Positions 25,498 through 40,359 of a stretch of DNA of 64,000 nt are shown here, in pieces. Under the pieces are notes generated by a model, which saw only the letters and a program-made list of their open reading frames with translations, was not told the origin of the DNA and made no database searches. Each line of letters opens with the position of its first letter. The stretch's first letter is position 1. Location of the stretch: NCBI RefSeq assembly GCF_006345805.1, contig NC_043001.1:4464001-4528000 (forward strand), given 5' to 3'. This DNA comes from Octopus sinensis. Lineage: Eukaryota. The translations under genes and the position numbers were made by a program.

Positions 25498-26696
25498 TCA
25501 GGTCATTATGAATGAAATGTCCGATTTGAAGTGAGAGTTTATTTTACTTTATCTCAACAAAAAGCATTGCAGTTAATACAAGTATGCACTTAAATCATGA
25601 GCACAATTTTGCCATTTTATCAGTAGCTTATTTATGCCGGCAGCGAAGAATTCTGAAGAGCAAGAGGTGATGAAATCACAAAAAGCTGTTTTTGCATCTT
25701 CTTCGAATTTCAGAGGTTTGTTTCTTGCACAATGTTGTCAAATGCCTGGAAAACGTGATAATCAGTTAGTGCAAGGTCTAGTGAATATGGTGGATTACAG
25801 AGTACTTCCAAGTTCAGTTCCTGTAACATTAGTGGCGTTCTTTGGCCTGTCCCTATTAACCAATCATGATTGTTTAATTTTATCCACTTCGTTGATGTAT
25901 ACATCCTCTGTAATTGACTTATCAGATCTCATGAAGCTGTAGTGGATGACACCAGCGCTGGATCGCCAAACAGACACCATTACCTTTTTTGGTGAATATT
26001 GTTTTTGGATTGTGTTTTGGCGCTTCTTCTTTATCCACCCACCGTGCAGAATGCGTGCTATTGCTGAAAAGAATTGCTTTTTCATCATATGTAACAAAAC
26101 GATGCAAAACATGGTTCGCTTTTATGCTGTCAAAGCAAAGACTAAAAATATTCAAGACGACGTGTCATTTGATGCCCGTTCAATTCGTTTGGTCCTTAGT
26201 TGCCCTGCTTCTTTAACTTACTGATTTGTTTCAGATGGTCCAACACAGTTAGATTCGAAAATTCAAACCTTGCTGCTAACTCTCGCGTTGTTTGAGATGC
26301 ATCCTTTTCCAATACAGTATCCAGTTCATCCTTACCCATCTTAGTCTCAGGTCTACCACGGGGTTGATTTTCAAGATTAAAGTCAGCAGAGCGGAACCTC
26401 ACAAACCATTTGCCAAATCTTCACCAAACATTGATGCTTCGAGCTCTCTGGGATGCATTGTTTCCACGACGGAACTCATATTCATAAACAACGCGATTTT
26501 TTTATCTATCCATGGATTCACAAAATCTGATTTACAAGAGAAAACTCAATTTAATCACTTACCATGAATCGCATATCAAAAAGTGATGATGTAACTCTTG
26601 ACTGTTGTAAAACAAAGAATTGTCAGGATGGATAAAACATTAGACTGTCCAACAGGGTGCATAAGAAAATCGGACATTTCATTTGCAATAATAAGA
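25498..26696 (-). mobile_element. Decayed full-length mariner (Hsmar1-like transposase remnants)
   Basis: ORF remnants RFRSADFNLENQPRGRP, HRFVTYDEKAILFSN, KKVMVSVWRSSAGVIHY, NPPYSLDLALTDYHVF. TIR core aatgaaatgtccgattt / aaatcggacatttcatt with TA flanks. Confidence 0.88.
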
Positions 26697-27299
26697 TATA
26701 TTATTTTTAAATTCAAGTCATTGTCATCAATTTGTTTAGGTACCTATAACAAGAATTTAACTGGTACTTTATTTATCGACCTCGAAAGAATAAAAGTTAG
26801 AGTTATTTATAGATTTTAACTCAGAACATAAAGCTACACAACCGCCACACATTTTGTTCTACGCACCTAGGATCCTGTTAACTTATCCTTAATCTACAGT
26901 GGTCATGCAGTGGCTTTCATAGATGGTAACAATTTAATTATTCCTAAAGATCGAAAGGCAATCTTGACCTCCAAAGAGTAAGCCATTACGACAAACCTAA
27001 TAAAGCAAATAATGAATACATCAGAAAGCAAATGAAGACTGTACAGGAAACGAGACGAAATCATGTCTTGAGTTCTATCAGTATAATAGCATAAAAGGAG
27101 CAGAAGAGCAAGCATGATTGCAAAGTAAACGGTATGTATTAGAGTGTCAGTCAGGGGTGGGGTTTCGAATAACAGAAAAGTGTTATGAACTAGAATCTAC
27201 GAAAGAAGATGCGATTTATAAGATTGCTATGGAATTTACCCATAGAATCTAGAGATTGACCACAGTATGTAAAGAAAGGAGACAAACATGAATATAAAG

Positions 27300-27520
27300 G
27301 AGAATACTAAATTATAAAATTCTAGACGTTGCAGTAACAGAGAAATATCACGACCGACCTAGCCAAAGAGCTGAAGAGACTGTAGAAGTATAAAACAATA
27401 CTTATTCTTGTGGTTATTAGTATTCTTCGCCCAACACCAAAAACGTCTACTTGAGAGGCGATTGGAATTGAAACTTAACAAGTGGATCATCATGTATTCC
27501 GCAAGGGTCCAAGGGACGAC
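27300..27520 (+). mobile_element. Highly decayed RLE-LINE C-terminal remnant
   Basis: ILDVAV and, across frameshifts, a KY-DLAKELKRL-like and ILVVISIL-like match to the RLE terminus. Confidence 0.45.
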
Positions 27521-27589
27521 TTGGATAGTAATGGCTTCAAACTCTGGCGCAGAGCCAGAATAGTATTATTAATATTAAGAATGAAATAT

Positions 27590-27780
27590 GCGGCGAGATG
27601 ACAGAATATTTATCAGGCTGAGCAACATGCTCAGCGACATTTCGTCTGTCTTTTTGTACTGAGTTTAAATTCCACTGAGGTTCACTTCAAGGTCAATAAC
27701 AAATTAATTACCAACTGATCACTGGGACCGATGTAATCGAATTACCCATTTCCCCGAATTTGCTAACTTTCTACCAAAAA
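27590..27780 (+). mobile_element. Decayed SINE family B
   Basis: ggcgagatgacagaa...gagtttaaattccactgagg...actgggaccgatgtaatcga. Confidence 0.55.
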
Positions 27781-29554
27781 TTGTAATCTATATTAATAAT
27801 CCTATTTAACATACAATATATTGAACAGTATCAAATATTACCTTCTATTGAATGTAGGGTGTACTGTGAAACAAGTTTTGTTCCTAATTATCATGTGGCA
27901 CTTTATGACATACTGGAGAAATTTCAATATGAGATATGAGGCAATAGAGACGGGAATGTGGTGAAATACTTGCAGACCAAATATAGCAATACAGAATTTA
28001 GCAGAAATCGGACGACGTCACATGCTATCATAACCAAAGGAAATGTAGCATTTTATTCATTAATGTTACTACCGCCAGGTCAGTTGTATTAAAGTAGATT
28101 TACTGTTTCAAACAACTTGTTCGAAACAATGGTATATGCATTTACTAATAACATGGAATTTAGTAGTTTAGCTTTTAGTTATAGAAATTTTTTAAACAAT
28201 AATCCTAATATGACGTTAGCTAGATTATATAAACTAATGTATTCTGGTTTTAAAGGATCTGTCAGTGTAGGATATTGTCCTTATCGTTATTATTATCATC
28301 ATCGATAATATTATTACCAGCTCATTCCTATGACAATTTGAACAATCATTATTATATGCATCTGTACACGATGTGAATCTGCTACAGAAATGCAGGCAAA
28401 TCCCACCAGTATATAGCATTACAATGTCTTATAAAGGGGAAACATTCGCTGCCCTTTATTCTACTTTGTCTCATATCATTTAATATGTGGGGAGATGTGG
28501 GCAACAATGTTCTCCCAATCGTTGTCGCTGTGATACGAAAGAAAGAGAAGCTGGAGCGGACGGCAGTAACCATGACACCGACGACATCAAAGAAAAAGGA
28601 AAAGAACAAAAATTAGGAAATAAGGAAAGAGGAGGAGAATTAGGAGTAGGAAACGTAACACACAAGAAAAAAGATAAAGAGCTTGAAGAAGCACGTTAAG
28701 GACAATTGTCTTCTCAATACATCAGATTCACTTTTCCCCATTTACATGGGTAGGATCTGACATTACGTATGTTTTCCTTCATTTCCGTCTGTTAGTCACT
28801 TTCTTCGATTATCATTCTGCTGCAAGGTCCAAAGTCTTAGAGTCATTACAGAAATCCGGGGAAAAATCTTAGATGCCATGGAGTTCTAATAGTTATTCGT
28901 TCTCATATTCAACTCCAACTTGTGGTATTGCATTCATATTGCCACATTATCATATCAGATCCGTAGATAGACGTTTAATTCCTGACTCACATATCACTAT
29001 TATATATGTAAAACTATAAGAAAATATATTTATTTATTAGTTCATTGATAAAATAGACATTGCACATCTATAGAATATATTTCGCTTATTCATCTCTTCT
29101 GCAATACAAATGATATTTATATTGCAGAATAAGTAAGCGCTTATTTTCTTTATCTGCTATTTAACTTTAGTTCAAGAAACTCATGTAGAAGCCTTGTTAG
29201 CCATTGATATCCCAACTATTAGCGATATATTTACGCTTCCATTATCGAATAAATCGTTAAATATAATGGAGTTCGTACCGCGTAGCTATTTCTAGCAGTC
29301 CAACTGACCAGCTAAATTGTCCTTCAATAATTGTGTTTTATTACTTAATATCTATATATTCCTTTATTTAATTACATCTTAATATTTGATTGATCATTAT
29401 ATTCTCTTTGTTTCCAATTAATTTTATACATGTTCCTAACATATGTGTGTATGCACGTGAATAAGTATGTACGTATGAATGTATGTATAACAACAGCAAT
29501 TTCCAAAGTTGCTAATGCTGGAGTATTTCCTTTCAAGTTGAATCATTAAATATA

Positions 29555-29589
<35 letters not shown>

Positions 29590-31555
29590 TTATATATATA
29601 AAATTCGTACGGATAATATAATGATTAATTACCCTTTTAAATTTTAATTATAACATCAAACGAAAAAGTTATTTTTTAGGCATATTTGGGATATGTTTGT
29701 AGCGAATTTTATCAAGACATTTATCAAAGCCAAACATGGTTCAGAACAGAAAGATTAGAAAGAAGGCGGTGTAGGTGAGATGACGCGAAGAAAATAGGAA
29801 GAAGGACAATAAAAAATAATAGTGAAATGAGTGTGGGGAAGAGGCGATGATTGACCAATGGAATTAAGAGGGGGGATAGACAACGGATGGAATAATAGGG
29901 CAGCGAAACAGGGGAGGGGCAACGAAAGCTGAATTAATAATTATATGAGAATGAAGATCAGGGGGCGGCGACACGAAATATATGAAATGAATGTACAATG
30001 TTGGGGATTAATAGAGTCATGAAGGTAGATAGAGAATATGGGAGACATCGGATATTTGAGAGTGTAGATAGGAGAGCGGAATCTACGAATTGATGAGCGT
30101 GGAAATACGAAGTCTGAAACAATACAGACAGCAATGTGGAGAAAAACGAACGTGGAGCCATGAGGCCAGAGATGTGCAGTTGAAGAGAGGAAAACGCTAA
30201 TTAATGTAAATTACTATCGTGAAAAAGATGTTGCAAACTTAGGAAGAAAAACTAAAGTTGCTAATTGTACTGCTCCATAATGAGTTCAGTGTTCAGGCAT
30301 GTAATGCATGTTTGAACAGGTGTATTATCAAGGCAGTGTCGTTTGTGATTCTGTCATCTTTCAACCTGAAAAATATCCTCCCCAGCAACAATATGTAATG
30401 GGCAGTGTGTACAGTGCGGTCTTCTGCTAATAGAGCGTCTGTGGAACGAGGTGGAAGAACTTTTTAGTTCTGAATCGATGGATTAAGCATAAGGAGGGAA
30501 TGGAGTCAGTTTAAGAACATTTACAAAAATGCATGATGGTTAGTTTGCTGGGCGAAGCACATCTTTTCGGGGGTTGCATAGTAAAAAAACAATATCGTTT
30601 ATCAGTTTGCCATGTATTTTGTAGATCTTCAAAACAAGTCATAAAGTTGTTGAGGTTGTGCGTAAAATGGGTCCTCAAAGGAAGAAGAACTGACTGAGAG
30701 ACAGAGACAGAGAGAAAACAAAAATTAGAAAGCATATGGCATGCATGAAACCAATTACGAATTTAGGAGTGAGGGAGATAAAAAGGCCGACATTCTTTTA
30801 TCGGGCTACCTCTCTAATTCAGTTAGTGTATAATATTATGAAATTTAACTGCTTGATATTTTCCTCTGTCCCTCATTGATTCATCTTTCATTCTATTCTC
30901 GGCAGACTGTCGGGTACACTTGGTGGTTGACTGCTAAAACCATGCGTTTTTCATGAACATGGAGAACTATTTCCCTATCTATGAGCTATATAAACCATAT
31001 CAATTTAGAATACATCCTTTCACATTTATACTGGAATAGGTGCATAACTTTCTTCTGCATTTTCTCGTTTATAGGTTTCCGTCACACGTTTTCCTTTTAT
31101 ACGTACACTTTTCACCTCTTGCCTCGTAATGTTGCAACTACTCATTCTGTTTATCTTCCACCTACCCCAGTCCGGTATTTAACTATTTGATCTGCTGACG
31201 TCTTTCACACGCTAGCTGCTGTTTTATTATTTCATTCCTCTGTCACTCATGGTAATATGACAATTTCTCTTATCTACTTTCTATCTAAGAATGAGCACTT
31301 GAGAGCAAACACATTCTCTATATCTCAGTTCTTTCTATCTTCCATTTCTCTCCTCCCTTACACCAGTAGCATGAGAGAAAGTGGGACACACACACAGAAG
31401 CGCGGAAGCAGGCATAGGAATTCGTTTCAAATTTTAACTCCACCAGAATTCATGAAGTTAAAACAGCAATTTTATTAAATCCAGCTGAGTGCAATTACCG
31501 AAAAGAAAGGCAATTCATAGATCTATAGCAATTATTGCGATTACTCTTTGTAAAG

Positions 31556-31697
<142 letters not shown>

Positions 31698-32705
31698 GGA
31701 GAAGATTATTGATGACGAAAGAAGGATAATATTTTGCAACAAGAAAAAATCGGGAAATGAAAACTCAATACATAATTAAATCAGTAAAAACATTTGCACG
31801 AAGCAAATGTAAATTTTCATTAACTTACATCGAATTAAGATATGAACTGAAGTTTATCCCATATTCCAGTGAACATGTGATATGATTTCGTTGCAATAAA
31901 ATCATTTAAAACCAGAACATTGATCTTTGAAGCATCATAATTTCTTTACATTTTCAAATCACTTCTTGTATCACTTGAGATTAAAGTATCTTAATTTAAA
32001 CGCTGTGTATTAACAAGAAACATAAATGGGAAGCATATACACATGAATACATATATGCCAATACACACATGCGTGCAGAAAACCACTCAGGCACACAAAT
32101 ATGCGTTTATGTATTTATATATATATAGAGAGAGAGAAGGGGATACACACATATATGTATACATACAGATGAATATACATATATATATGTTTATCTATAT
32201 TTATATAGAGAGAGAGAGGGGGGGAGAGAGAAGTGATAAAAAAGTGAATGTACGCCACTATATGTATATATATAAATATTATAAAATGGAGCAAAAACGC
32301 AATTTGAAGGATTAGCAAAAACCTCAAAGATCGCCAACAAGACTTATGTCCATCTCCTATGTTCCATTTGCTATTGTGTTCCATATTTTGCGATTTTGGT
32401 CTTGTTGTCGGACACATTCGCTAGTTTCCTTGCAAAAAATCTAATGCTCTTAGCTTGGACTTTTTTTGTGGGGGGGGGGCACCAGATCGAACTGTCTCGA
32501 GTGTAACTGCCCGAAACGCTAAAGACAACTGGTATCTTGTCTAAAGAAAGACGGCCAAGAATTGCCCGTCCTTCTCCCTTCAACCCTTCTAAGTGTTTTT
32601 TCTCCTGCCTGCCTTTCTATCGTCTGTCTGTAGAGAGTTTTTATCGCCTGGTTACATTATATATATATATATAAATATGCATGTATGTATGTATGTAAAT
32701 ACACA

Positions 32706-32758
<53 letters not shown>

Positions 32759-33885
32759 CTAGCAGAGATACCCGGCGTTGCCCGTGTTTCATACAATTGA
32801 AGAATTAGACTTTTCTCTAATGAACTGGAATATCTATGTTTCGAATTTAAGCAAAACTGCAGATGAGGGTTATTTCCCTCTATACTCACCCCAAAAAAAT
32901 TGTAATCGTGCCACGTATATCCCATACTACTGATTTTTATGCGCATATTCCAAAATTCCAGTTTTATTGAACCTGTTAAAAAGATTTTGCTCCTGGAAAA
33001 CGAAGGTCATAGAGCTCTAAGATGTGATAGTTAAGGCCCCCGTTGGGGGTGGGCAGAGAAGTTGAATTGTTGAGAATCTTTTTTTACTTGGGTCTTATAG
33101 CTATTTGAATTTCTTTGAAATAGGGAATATATGTTGACTGGGTTTGTAAAAGAGAGCAAAGCTAAAGGAAACCAAAAGACGAATTATCACAATAAGCAGT
33201 CAGTTACCCTACCCTGGCCGTTACCACTCCCAATGTAGGATTCCTCACCATCCAGGTGATAGACACAGCCGTAAGATGCATTACGAATCTATAGCAATTG
33301 GAAGGACGTGACCCAACTGAAATAAACATTAACAACTGTCTGACGTGAGGGCTAAGGAGAAATGAAAGTTGGAGTTTGTAAATGACCACCATACTGATAC
33401 GTAACTGGAAAGAATGAATTTAAAATCTATAAATGTCTTTGAATAACCAGTCACTCATCTGAGAAGGCCTTAAAATCAATGTTACCATTTATGGACTATG
33501 TGTGACACAGTGATAATAAAAAGACTGAAAGGAGGTCTGCAATCAAATAACTTTATTCAACACTTTGCAACTGAATCAGTGGAGGCAAAGATGTCTTATT
33601 TAATAGTTTGACTTTAATAGTTTCAGTATTAAAGTGAAATTGTCTGACATTACCATAGAGAGATGTTTTTGTTTCACTTTTAACACGTAATACTGTAATA
33701 GTGGAGAAGTTATGATATTGTTGTAGGCTCGCCCTAGGCAAGAAGTTTTTTTGCCTATGACACTACATGGACCCAAGTAAGGCATGTGTAAAATTTGATT
33801 GAAATTGGTTGTGTAGTTCTCAAGTTTTAGGGATTCAAACAGACAGACTGACAGACAGACACACACACACACACACACATTCTCA

Positions 33886-33900
<15 letters not shown>
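32759..33900 (-). mobile_element. Non-autonomous Helitron
   Basis: Minus-strand 3' end is a GC-rich imperfect palindrome (cacgggcaacgccggg), then CTAG followed by T. The 5' region tatataaaactgagaatgtgtgtg...tctgtctg...accaatttcaatcaaatttt is typical of Helitron 5' ends; the exact TC is lost in a TA run. Confidence 0.7.
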
Positions 33901-33925
<25 letters not shown>

Positions 33926-34182
33926 CATATATATAGGTATAAGTGTATCCATTTCGTAATCGCGTGGATAGGAGGAATAAACAATCTCCGCAGTCTTTTC
34001 AGGCGAAACGTGTAAGATTCGAAGACTCTATAGTGATTTCGAACATTGCTATATTAATACTATGGAAAATATATTAAGAGGGGAAGGCATTCCAAAATGA
34101 CAACGTTCTGAAACAACGTGGGAGCTGCATGATTCTAATGTGGCCTATTATATTGGACAAATCATGTGCAATAGAAGCAATA

Positions 34183-34346
34183 GAGTGGCTGTGTGGTAAG
34201 TACCTTGTTTACCAACCACATGGTTCCGGGTTGATTCCGACTTCATGGCACCTTGGGCAAGTGCCTTCTACTATCGCCTCGGGCCGATTAAAGCCTTGTG
34301 AGTGGATTTGGTAGACAGAAACTGAAAGAATCCTATCGTACACACA

Positions 34347-34421
<75 letters not shown>

Positions 34422-34664
34422 ATGTATGTATGTATGTATGTATGTATGTGTGTGTGTATATGTTTGTGTGTCTGTGTTTGTCCCCCAGCATCGCTTTACA
34501 ACCGACGGTGGTGTGTTTACCACCCCGCAACCTAGCAATTCGGCAAAAGAGAGCGATAGAATAAGTACTAGGCTTGCAAATAATAAGTCATGGGGCCGAC
34601 TTGCTCGACTAAAGGCGGTGTTCCAGCATGGCTGCTGTCAAATGATTAAAACAAGTAAAAGAGT
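34183..34664 (+). mobile_element. tRNA-derived SINE family A with internal (TA)n/(TG)n
   Basis: gagtggctgtgtggtaag head, ggttccgggttgattcc box, and body ending gtgttccagcatggc...aaacaagtaaaagag; several other copies in the window. Confidence 0.85.
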
Positions 34665-34899
34665 GCACATATAAATCATGTTTGATTGTATTGAGGCAAC
34701 ATTTATACAGACAATTCTAAGTGTTCAGGGCCATAATAGTAGATATGGTTCTGCAGAAATAGAAAACTGCGTGTTTGTGTGAAGAGACACAATCCAATGT
34801 GTAAGTGACTTTATACCGATGAGACTTGAACCTTTCTGTGTGCGTTTCTTATTTTAATACAAAGGCAGCACTTCACCAGGAGCACGTGGCGATAATTTG

Positions 34900-35190
34900 G
34901 GAATCTGAAGTACATTTTAACACTGAAGACATTCGGATATGTCCAGATCATGTTTTCTCTTCTTATAACACCAAAGATGAACTTAATGCAATGATTACGA
35001 TAACCTTAAACATCTTAAAGAAGGAGACCGTCCAGAAGATTTGCAGGAGATTCCAAAGTCGTCTGGAGGTCGTCGCTGACGTCAATGGAGATTTTTTTTA
35101 CAAACTTACTCCTTAATAATTTTAGTAAATATATCTGTAAAAATGGGATGCCCGTGTTAATTTCATCTTGGCGTAATTTAGACGAATATA
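34900..35190 (+). mobile_element. Tc1-like transposase C-terminal remnant
   Basis: YNTKDELNAMITITLNILKKETVQKICRRFQSRLEVVADVNGDFF resembles the Tc1-type terminus. Confidence 0.55.
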
Positions 35191-35242
35191 CGTTCACGGC
35201 AAACTGTGTGTATATATATATATAGTGGGGTGTATGTGGGGT

Positions 35243-35520
35243 CACTTCCTCGGTTACCCAAACTAGGGTCCTAGCTGATACGATCAACGGACCAGCCTGC
35301 TCGTGATGTTAACGTGCAATTGGTTGAACACTCCACGGACACGTGTTTCCCTAACACAGTTCTCAGGGAGATTCGGCGTGGTTTAGAGTGAGGCAAGACT
35401 AGCCCTTTGAAATACGGGTACTACGCATTCTTGCCAGCTGAGTGATCTGGAGCAACGCGAAAATAAAGTGTCTTGCTCAAGGACATAACGCGTCACCTGG
35501 AATTGAACTCACGCCCGAAC
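35243..35520 (-). mobile_element. SINE family D (CORE-like)
   Basis: Reverse complement matches 53035-53354. Confidence 0.75.
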
Positions 35521-35711
35521 CACTATTCCACATGCCCTTATATCCATATATATATATATATATATATGTATGTAAGCATGCATGTATTTATAAATTCGTG
35601 GGGATGTTTAGATAAACACAAGTTTCAATTTATATTTCCTACAATAGTCTTTAAAATAATTTGAACGCGTGTTTATGCTCTGTATATCACTACTATTCAT
35701 ATTACTTTCTG

Positions 35712-36097
35712 CTCCAGGTACAAGTCCCGAAATTTTGTGGGAGGGACCGGTCGATTATGTCGGCCACAGTACGCAACTTGTACTTAATTTATCGGCCCCA
35801 AAGGGATGAAAGGCAAAGTCGACCTCGGCTGAGTTTGAAATCAGAACATAAAGACAGACGAAGTACCTATTTCTTTACTATCCACAAAGGGCTAAACATA
35901 TAGGGGATAAACAAGGAAAGACAAACGGATTATGTCGATTGCATCGACCCCAGTGTGTAACTGGAACTTAATCTATCGACTCCGAAAGGATGAAAGGCAA
36001 AGTCGGCCTCAGCAGAATTTGAACTCACAATGTAACGGCAGAGTAAATACTGCTAAGCATTTTCCCCGGCGTGCTAATGTTTCTGCCAGCTCGCCGA
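35712..36097 (-). mobile_element. SINE family B, dimeric (B-B')
   Basis: Full monomer 36097-35870 followed by a partial second monomer, with the same junction as at 20301-20677. Confidence 0.8.
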
Positions 36098-37413
36098 CTT
36101 CATAACTGTTAATATTACTTAGTCGAGCAATACAACCACCACATCACTCGAATCTCTCTCCATAACGATAATGTTTCTTGAACTCGAATTCATAAAATAG
36201 CAGCCTTGCACCGTTCTTTACCTTTTGTGTTGTCTTCTTTCTTATTCGATAATTTACTCTTGTTGTTAATTTGCTTATAACCGATTTTCCCTCCGATAAT
36301 AGCTGAAATAATGTACGATTCGTTCCTATTGTCTTTCGTTCAGTTGAACAAACTGAAAGAAGCCCATCAATTCGTTTAGGTTACACATAATGTTAACATT
36401 GAAAACTATTCCAATCTCTGTCGTATGCGCGACTGTCTGGGGTAGCATGGTAAATTCCATTGTCTCGACCACGGTCGAACAATGATGATGATGATGTTGG
36501 CCACTTTAATTATTAGTATAAAGAACGCAAACGAATAAATGAGAAACTGATGTATTTACAATGAATTTAGAATCAAATGCCCCATCCCACCCTTTTTTTC
36601 ATACGCTACACACATTAGTTTAAGGATAACTGAATTTTATTTTCGATTTCTGTTATATTATATCATTATTTAGGAAATCATATGCTATGTTAGTATACCC
36701 ACCTATTTCGCCATTAGGCTTCACTTATAAACGAAACTCTTACTTATTGCCGTTCCCAGCATTATCAATAAGAAAGAGATGTGTGAAACTAATTTAGCAC
36801 TATAGCAATCATCACACAAATTTTCTTCACCCTGTTCTTTATGAAGTATCTCAAAACATACGCATTCTTCTACACTTCAAAAGAAAACTTCATTTACGTG
36901 GTTTAGCGCATCATTTTCTTTAAAGGAAACACTCAGACATACAAATACACATCTCCGCATACACATTGATGGAATCAAAGTGAACGTCTACAGATAGACA
37001 CTCCTGCTCTCACCTAAATGGCAAGCAGAGGCCAGCAGCAACAGACTTCTCTACAACTCTTTCATATTGCTGCTTGTGTTGAAGTTATATTATTGACGTC
37101 AAATGGCGGCAAAATAAACCATCTTCTCTGTTCTCTTTGTACTCCATTATGTAACAGCGTCTCTATCTCAAAATTTCATAAGCTTAAATTGATATCCAGA
37201 CCTAAGCGATGAAAATATTCTCAAACAACAGAAATACCTTCCACCGTGCCTTTTCTGCCTTTATGAAAATATATGAGTAGTGATATATAGAGTTTATTTT
37301 GAAATTAAATTTTAAATGTTATTAATGTAATATTTCTTCATCTGTTTCCAAAGTTAAACTTATAATATATATGTGTGTGTGTGCATATACATACATACGT
37401 ACATACATACATA

Positions 37414-37474
<61 letters not shown>

Positions 37475-37861
37475 TGAACAAGGAAACATTCTTCATTGAA
37501 AAGTACAAACCCAGACTCAACCATCCGAACATATTGACACAAAGAAATTAACAAGGAAAAGGGAAAAAAAATTTTTAAGCGATTATCTCCCCTACACCGG
37601 AAAAAATCACTCACTACCTCCCCTTATTTAGAAATCTCCTGGAAATAAAAACAACGATAATTCCATGCAATATAAACATAACGTCACAAGAAATTTGAAA
37701 AGCTACACGCGAAACCGGTAATTTCTTTAAAATTTTTTTAAATTATGTCATTTTAAGGAAAGGAAAAAAATTTTTTGCAATATTCTCCAGACATTTTGAC
37801 ACAAATATATATATTTTTTAACATTTAAGCCTTCTGTCGTTTTTTCACACTTTACTATTTT

Positions 37862-38091
<230 letters not shown>

Positions 38092-38190
38092 ATAAAGGCC
38101 GAAATATAATTAATTTAATAAAATTAATAAATTTCACCTCGTAGTTTTATCGGTATGGAAAATACCATATTTGGTAATGATTATATTAAT

Positions 38191-38550
38191 TATAATAAAG
38201 AGTTAATTGAAACAAGTTGCTCAAAACCACATACCGAAAATATTAGAAATGACAGCCAAATAGGTGACCATTAGATCGTTCGATGTCGCCTGATCGAGCC
38301 GGTGTAGTGGATGAGTTTTTCCTAGCATTTCTAGATTTAAAGGAAATATTATATTAACAAGGAAATTAACTTCTGGTTCTAATCTAGAAACGATTTCGTC
38401 TATAATTAATCCAAATAGGCTGGGATTTCGTCATCTTTCTCTTCACCATATACGGGTTGCAAATTCTGTTTGTTTGAGGAAACTTTTTTTTTACTAGTAG
38501 GAGAAATGGTGACCTATTTGGCAACTTGTTGCAATTAACCCTTTATTATA
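38191..38550. mobile_element. MITE-like element with TIRs
   Basis: tataataaagagttaattgaaacaagttgc...ccaaataggtgaccatt versus aatggtgacctatttggcaacttgttgcaattaaccctttattata. The left arm carries a ~35-bp insertion. Confidence 0.6.
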
Positions 38551-39772
38551 ATTTAATATATATATATTTCTTCATCTGTTTCCAAAGTTAAACTTATAAT
38601 ATATATGAAGAGAAGGCTGCAAAATGGACTCCTTATTCAATCCGAATTAGGGACTTTGCAGCCTTTGAAACATATGTAGAAAATAATAAAAAGGAATTTT
38701 CTTAAGTCTTCGTTCAGCTCCATTTCTTCCTACACTAAATATATAAAACTTCAAATTTCCGCATTAAGGCACGGATTTTAGACCCATGGCCGTAACCTCA
38801 ACCGTGCTTTTTCTGTTGTGATTTTTGCTACCCAGGTATCGGTTATCATTTGAATAATACGTAATAAGATAATTCATTTATCTACTTCAATAAATAAATA
38901 TATATATATATATATTATATATATATATTATATATATATATATATATATACTCATATACATATGTATTACATATCTATAATATAAATTGGACATGGGCAA
39001 TCGTTGTATTCTTTATTGTCTGGAGGTTCACAGCCAAACGTCTGGGTGGAGTTGCGTGAAAAAAGACACACATGTGGAGACGTGTGCATGCATTGGGGTG
39101 CAGATTGTAATTTTTCCTAGCCTTCATACTTACCGAGAAAATCGATTAAAACATTTTTATAATAAAATTCCCTTGTTTGCTCCGCCATTTCCCCCTGTGG
39201 TTGAAACATTCGACTAAAATATTCTTCCAGGCAGTGCTCCAGCTTGGCTGCAATCTAATGACAGAAAGGATTAAAGGATAAACAGGTAAAAAAAATAACG
39301 TAACTTGTCTCAAATTTTAATACTTCTATCATGTTTCGTTTGTATAACTTTGGGTAAAATGCAGTATTTCAAGTGTTTTTATACTCCAGTAAACATACTT
39401 CCTTTTTATGACAAATATGTTACCATGAATGACAAATGTAGCGATATAACATAATTTACATTACTTTAGTATTTTGTAGCTTTACCATTTGGCTGCTCAG
39501 ACCCATACATAAAATCGTTTCAATCACATTAACATAATCCCGGCTCAACCAAAACAATCGGAATAGATTTGGTAGAGGGAAACTGAAAAATTCCCGTTGT
39601 ATAAATATATTTAAATATTTTTTGAGAAGGTTCCTGTGTCTATGGTTGCTCCCCAACATGTGTGATTTCCTCTGTGATTGTTTGGTTATGTCCCCGTACT
39701 TAGAGGTCGTGACAGTATGTTAAAGAGCAGGCGTGTTTGTTTATTATGTCGCTTGCTTCGTAAGCTATTGAA

Positions 39773-40090
39773 GGCGCATGGCTCAGTGGCTATAGCGTCG
39801 AGGTTACGAATGTGAGGTCGTGAGTTCGATTCCTGGACCGGGCTGTGTGTTGTGTTCTTAAGCAAGACACTTCATTTCACGTTGGTCCAGTTCACTTAGC
39901 TATAGAAATGGGTTACGATCTAACTGGTGCCAAGCTGTATCTACCATTGTTGTTTCATTGGATAAATACTGTGGAGTAGAGCGAGGAGGCTGTTACATAT
40001 GGCCGACTGTTGGCCTTCCATAAACAACCTTGCCCAGACTTGTGCATCGGGTGGGAGCTTTCTAGGTGTAAACCCATGTTCATGACGGAA
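39773..40090 (+). mobile_element. tRNA-derived SINE family C (possibly related to the published Octopus OR-type CORE SINEs; not verified)
   Basis: A box tggctcagtgg, B box gttcgattcc (39824-39833), then the CORE-like segment cttaagcaagacacttcatttcacgttggtccagttcacttagct. Confidence 0.82.
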
Positions 40091-40091
40091 A

Positions 40092-40321
40092 GCGGCGAGC
40101 TGGCAGAAACGTTAGCAGGCCGGGTGAAATGCTTATCGGTATTTCATCTGCCGTTACGTTCTGAGTTCAAATTCCGAGGAGGTCGACTTTGCCTTTCATC
40201 CTTTCGGGGTCGATAAATTAAGTACCAGTTACGCACTGGGGTTCGATGCAATCGACTTAATCCGTTTGTCTGTCCTTGTTTGTCCCCTGTATGTTTAGCC
40301 CCTTGTGGGCAATAAAGAAAT
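40092..40321 (+). mobile_element. SINE family B
   Basis: gcggcgagctggcagaaacgttagc...gagttcaaattcc...aataaagaaat. Confidence 0.85.
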
Positions 40322-40359
40322 GAGGAAGGGTTTTTTTTTTCTTTTCCTCTGCTTCGTAG

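Noticed and set aside
28117-28699. Cluster of short ORFs with charged translations
   Set aside because: Purine-rich low complexity, stops in all frames, no homology recognised.
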